Shown piece by piece: positions 60,714 to 64,000 of a stretch of DNA of 64,000 nucleotides; position 1 is the first letter of the stretch; every line of letters begins with the position of its first letter. This stretch comes from Azolla caroliniana. Taxonomy: Eukaryota > Plantae > Polypodiophyta. The notes below the pieces were generated by a model, which worked only from the letters and a program-made list of their open reading frames with translations, had not been told where the DNA came from and searched no databases. The stretch spans positions 10,478,001 to 10,542,000 of the forward strand of contig JBHGNT010000012.1 in the NCBI GenBank assembly GCA_043228905.1. The letters run 5' to 3'. The position numbers and the translations under genes were made by a program.

Positions 60714-63700
60714 TGTTGAGAGACAAGCTCAACATCGGCCGGATCGGCTGAAGAAGCCGACGACCGGATCGGTTGGGACCGATCGATTAGGCCGAATGCG
60801 TAAACCAGGAGGCCGTTAGGAAAGATATTCCGTGAGGAATATATTTGGGAGTTAGTGTAGGAGCTCTTAAAGAGCATTGAAGTATGGTCAGTACTTCGAT
60901 CAGTCCTTCGAGGACTTGTATAAAAGTGTTCATGGAACACACATATGCATAGTGTAGTGAATTGAGATCTTTTGTTGAATATAGTTCTTGTATTTTCTCT
61001 CTCTCACTCTCTTTGTCTCTCCCGCGTATACTGCGTAAGCTCAAGCTCTCCATTAAACCTGAGTTTTCTTCCTTCTGTTCGGTCTTCATACTTGCTTCCG
61101 CACGTTACTTTTTACATGGTATCAGAGCGCGAGGATTGAGAACCTCTCTGCAGCCGACACAGCTTGACGAAGAAGAACAAGAAGAACGATGGATAGAGGC
61201 ATGGCGAGCTCGCTTCCAACAGAGAAGCTCGACAAAACCAACTACACGTCTTGGTCTTACAAGATGCACCAGTATCTGCTCGGGCACGGCTACTGGAGTT
61301 ATGTCGAAGGAGCTAATGACGCGGCACCCAAATCGACACACAGAGACTTCTCGTCGTGGGAGCAATCGGCGAGCAGGGTATTATACTGCTTCACGTCGTG
61401 TGTGGGCGAACAACTATTGAGCTATGTTCGGGATGCAAAGACGCTGAAGGGTGCGTGGGAAAATCTGAAGAAGATCTTCGCCGCGAGCACCACAGCCAGG
61501 AAGCTTCAGCTCCGACAGGAGTTGAGCAACCTACGACAATGCGACTTGTCGGTGGCGGACTATACCTCGAAGATCAAGGATATTTGCGACTCCCTCACCT
61601 CCATAGAGGTGAACATCGAGGAGAGCGAGATGGTCCAGATCTATCTCGGAGGTTTGGCGTCGAAGTTCGGAGCGTTCTGGACGGCTGTGTGTACTCGGGA
61701 GAATACGCCGTCCTTTTTCGACTTACAGTCAATGCTCCTGGTAGAGGAGAACCACGCGGATGCATCTACAAGCACGCACACCGATAGCAGAATGTTGTAC
61801 ACGGAGGGAGATAGGCCCCGTGGACGTGGAGGACGAGGCGAGTCGGCGCGCAATGGAGGCGGCCGACGAGATCAAGGAAGAAGGCACCGAAGTGATGCCG
61901 ACAGCAACTCCGGACCCTCCGGAAACAGGGGGAGTCGAAGCGATGAGAATCGGCAAGGGAAGGCCATCGCGGAGTGCTGGTACTGTGGCAAGAAAGGCCA
62001 CAGGGAAAGTGAGTGCTGGAAGAAGCGCGCCGATTCGGAGAGAACCGGTTCCGAAAACGGCTCCGGACATACCGACAAGGGAAATCGGCAGCGATCACCC
62101 TACGCCGAAGACTCCGGGAGAGCCAGAGAAGCGTCTGCCTTCGTGACCAGACACGAAGCAAAGTCAATGAAACGGATCTCCCCGAGATCGGACGAGGTGT
62201 GGTACGTAGACTCCGGCGCGTCAAACCACATGCCGAGCCATAAGGAGTGGTTCTCGTACCTTGAAAATCCGATACAACCTGGAGTAGTCGCAATTGGAGA
62301 CGACACTCCGCATCTGATCGCGAATGTCGGAGAAGTTGCCCTTAGCCATGTCGGGCAGAAAGGGAAACTCATCAACACGTTGCACGTTCCGACAATCACG
62401 AAGAACTTGGTCTCGGTCGGACAGATCGTTGACCAAGGGATGGAGGTTCGGTTTACACACCTCGGGTGCTTCATTGAGGAAGAAGGCCGTGTGATTGCGC
62501 AAGGGCGCAGAGACAGGAGGATGTTCATCCTCGACTCCACTGACGGTGGCACCGCAATGTTCGCGAAGGGAAGAAAATCCGAGTCGGACATCGACTTGTG
62601 GCACAAGCGGATAGGCCACGTCAACTACCAGCGGTTTCAAGATCTGCAATCGAAACAGGTAGTGTTCGGATTGCCCAAATTTAGTGGCCGAAAGGCACAA
62701 ATTTGTGAAGCCTACCAGCTCGGGAAGCAACACTGACTTCCTTTCCCCAACGAGCAAAACCGGAGCCGGAATAAGCTCGACCTTATACACTCCGATGTAT
62801 GGGGGCCGGCACAAAACGTTAGTCTTAGCGGGAGCCGATATTTCGTCTCCTTCATTGACGACCACACGCGGCACACGTGGATCTACCTCATTGAGAGGAA
62901 GAGTGAAGTCTTCGACTGTTTCCGGGACCTCAAAGGGTTCATGGAAACGGAAACGGGACGGAAGATCAAGTGCCTGCGGTCGGATGGCTGGAAAGAGTAC
63001 TTTTCTGGTCAATTCAACGGTTATCTACAACAAATGGGAATTCGGCGCGAATTCAGTTGTAGATACACGCCAGAGCAGAACGGCGTGGCCGAGAGGAAGA
63101 ATCGGTCAGTTGTGGAAGCGGCACGGGCAATGTTGGAGGAGAAGAGCTTGCCCAAGTTCTACTGGGCCGAGGCGGTAAGGACCGCGGTATACATCCAGAA
63201 CCGGATCGGAGACAAAGTGTCGGCGCACGAGCTGTATTTCGGAACGAAGCCGAACTTGCGACACTTGAGGGTGTTCGGTAGCATTGCGTATGTGCATGTA
63301 CCGAAGGAGAAAAGGAGGAAGCTGGACGCAAAGGCCGAGAAGTGCATCTTGGTCGGTTACTCGGACGAGCAGAAGGGTTATAAGTGATATAACCCTCGCA
63401 CCAAACAAGCGCGTGTTAGCCGCAACGTTGTGTTTGACGAGTTTGCGTCCTGGTACCAGCCCCCGACTCCGAACCCCGACTCCAATCCGAGCTCTGACGA
63501 TGAGGTCAGCGAGGCCGAGATCCTCTAGATGAGCCTGAAATTGAGACCCGCGAAGAGAGTCCGATTTCACTCTGTTTAAGTAGACCGATTGGACGATTGA
63601 GTCAGTACGACCAGTCCGATGAAGAGCCAGCGAGTAGTGAAGACTCGGCCGTGCATTCCCCGCGCAGGAAGCCGAGGAGCCGGCTTACGCGCAAAGAGAA

Positions 63701-64000
63701 AGGGAAGAAGAAGGTGTCGGATTCTGGCACGGATAGGAACGAGTCAGACCGACCCGAGTCCGACTCCGAGGGAACCGGTGACGGGTCTTTAAAGGTGAAG
63801 AACGCGCCGACCGAGAAGGCCTCGACATCGGCTGGTACATGGCACATCATTATGCGTACATGACCCGTGTAGCGGAAGTGCGTGAGCCGGAGAGCTACGT
63901 AGAAGCGGCTAAAGACACGAATTGGCGTGCCGCGATGGAGGAAGAGATGCACGCATTGGCGGAGAACGAGACCTGGGACCTGGTTGACGCACCAAGAGGA
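60714..64000 (+). mobile_element. Ty1/Copia element D (family 1, better preserved), running off the window
   Basis: 5' LTR 60714-61116; PBS TGGTATCAGAGC 61117-61128; 515-aa gag-PR ORF 61189-62736 (CWYCGKKGHRESEC, WYVDSGASNH); integrase EQNGVAERKN; start of RT. Confidence 0.95.

Noticed and set aside
61729-63570. Long antisense ORFs over Copia D
   Set aside because: Shadow frames of GC-rich gag-pol with no independent motifs.

Overview
Eukaryotic nuclear DNA from a land plant. It has GT-AG spliced plant genes and heavily decayed transposons; the Copia/Gypsy/LINE families look like those of seed-free plants, possibly a fern (inference). Host genes: the 3' nine exons of an ABC1K8/OSA1-type atypical kinase (11..12453, +), whose first intron here is 8.3 kb of LINE and Copia pieces; a complete six-exon steroleosin/HSD-like SDR gene (49864..52268, +) whose catalytic YxxxK reads YNAAE; and an intronless 289-aa orphan ORF (54002..54871, -). 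About 70% of the window is transposon-derived, including a nested LTR-retrotransposon stack (~19.4-47.8 kb), solo LTRs and a hAT-type element. Most notable: (1) a Gypsy element primed by tRNA-Trp, with a tRNA-like Pol III cassette in both LTRs and a candidate -1 frameshift after the protease; (2) a Copia family with two PPTs and a ~177-aa in-frame extension after RNase H; (3) a LINE tail that now forms the splice-acceptor region of a host exon; (4) a stem-loop array with a compensatory change in a Gypsy leader. All calls are from manual reading; no database search was run.
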